Part shown: piece after piece, positions 62,722 through 64,000 of the stretch
Position numbering within the stretch: position 1 is the first letter of the stretch
How the letters are laid out: each line of letters starts with the position of its first letter
From: Octopus sinensis
Taxonomy: Eukaryota
Assembly (NCBI RefSeq): GCF_006345805.1
Contig: NC_042997.1
Location: forward strand, 169,198,001 to 169,262,000
Length of the DNA: 64,000 bases
Reading direction: 5' to 3'
Program-made: the position numbers and the translations under genes
Notes under the pieces: generated by a model
What the model saw: the letters and a program-made list of their open reading frames with translations, nothing else
What the model was told of the DNA's origin: nothing
The model's database searches: none

Positions 62722-62925
62722 AGTGTTGTCTCCTACATAGGCTGATGTGGCTCCTAAATGTATTATAGGTGCAGCTTTAGGACAGCAAGAAGCAAATGTA
62801 TGAATGTGGGCCATAACATCATGACGGACTCTTTTCTCTTCTTCAGCAGCTTGAACGAAATCAATATTATCCAAATTGGATTCTAATTCAGAGAGTTGTT
62901 CTTCACTGATATCCAAACTGAGAGC
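62722..62925 (-). CDS. ADSL: ADSL exon 2 ([10 protein letters not shown]...[35 protein letters not shown]); exon 1 is outside the window
   Basis: 204 bp, AG/GT; conserved RHDVMAH and HLGATS motifs. Confidence 0.98.
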
Positions 62926-63714
62926 CTGAAACATTTAAAACATATTTTAAAATGAAATACACATTTATTATGCATAAAATCAAAAGCTTTTCAACTGAAA
63001 CTCTTAAATAACTACCTTAACCCTTTTGATACCAACCTAGCTGAAACTGCCTCTGGCTCTGTAGTGCAAATGTCTTGTTTTCAAAAGTTTTGAATTAAAA
63101 TTTTCCACCAAACCTTAGTCACAATTTATGTTCCTAACACTAGCTTAATGATAACTAGGTTATTTTACTAAATTCTTTGTTATATTTAAAATTAATTGAA
63201 AGAAACACAGAGCATCTCAAGAGAAATATGGTAACAAAGGGATGGTCTTTAGATGAATTTACTTTCCAATGTTAAAATTCTAATGTTAATAGTACTTTAG
63301 TTTTAAATTCTGTTAAATTTTCAAATGAAAACTAATTGAAATTAACTTTTATGCAGAGGTAAGATCACCATGTCTTTTAGGAAGTTAACCTAATTTGTAT
63401 CACAATATATTTTTTTGTAAACACTATTAATTTATCAACATCATATCCCCTTACAATACTAATGTAACCATCTCAAAAAAAAATTTTTTTTTTTTGACAA
63501 GTTTCGCAGCCAATTTGGTAATCCTTATGTTTAGCATTATATATAAAAAAATTTGAATATTGAATAGGCATAGGAGTGGCTGTGTGGTAAGTAGCTTGCT
63601 TACGAACCACATGGTTAGTCCCACTGCGTGGCACTTTGGGCAAGTGTCTTCTGCTATAACCTCAGACTAACCAAAGCCTTGTGAGTGGATTTGGTAGGCA
63701 GAAACTGAAAGCCA

Positions 63715-63900
63715 GTCGTATATACATACATATATATACACACACACATATATATATATATACACATATATATATATATACACATATATATATATATACA
63801 CATATATATATATATACACATATATATATATATATATATACACACACATATATATATATATATATGTATGTATGTATGTATGTATGCGTGTGTGTATGTC
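63715..63900. repeat. Expanded compound (TA)n(CA)n tract inside a family A SINE
   Basis: Higher-order repeats of cata(ta)n-caca. Confidence 0.95.
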
Positions 63901-64000
63901 TGTGTTTGTCCCCCCCCCCAACGTCGCTTGACAACCAATGCTGGTTTGTTTACATCCCCGTAACTTAGCAGTTCGGCAAAAGGCTTACAAAGAATAAGTT

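Noticed and set aside
63654-63968. YI/CV/HT-rich ORFs here and at 16710, 19249, 21314, 23714 and 56539
   Set aside because: Translations of dinucleotide microsatellites.

Overview
AT-rich, intron-rich eukaryotic DNA. The SINE/RTE repeat landscape looks like an octopus (coleoid cephalopod) genome; that assignment is inferred, not proven. Two minus-strand genes in tandem were reconstructed exon by exon, with GT-AG sites and consistent reading phases. ADSL (adenylosuccinate lyase) has exons 2-13 at 62925..49076, with exon 1 beyond the window end. CDK10 is complete: ATG at 42631 and 14 coding exons to a stop at 8853, or 16 exons to a stop at 7320 through an apparent alternative C-terminus. The rest is mobile DNA: an RTE LINE family with a minisatellite-containing 3'UTR and (GAT)n tail that repeatedly lands in (TA)n tracts, several tRNA-derived SINE families, mariner and maT remnants, Tc1/pogo- and piggyBac-type MITEs, CR1, CRE-like and Helitron fragments, and microsatellites. 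The most unusual signal is a set of minimal type-I hammerhead-ribozyme (HHR)-like motifs in unrelated small elements, three of them tied to long inverted repeats. These are a tRNA-headed SINE ending in an HHR, present as a head-to-head pair (40830..41560); a 283-bp fold-back with an HHR core in each arm (53719..54001); and a 78-bp-TIR element with a central HHR (20272..20622). Decayed motifs occur at about 8582, 22309 and 37365. Ribozyme activity is untested. Repeat boundaries are approximate unless TIRs or TSDs are quoted.
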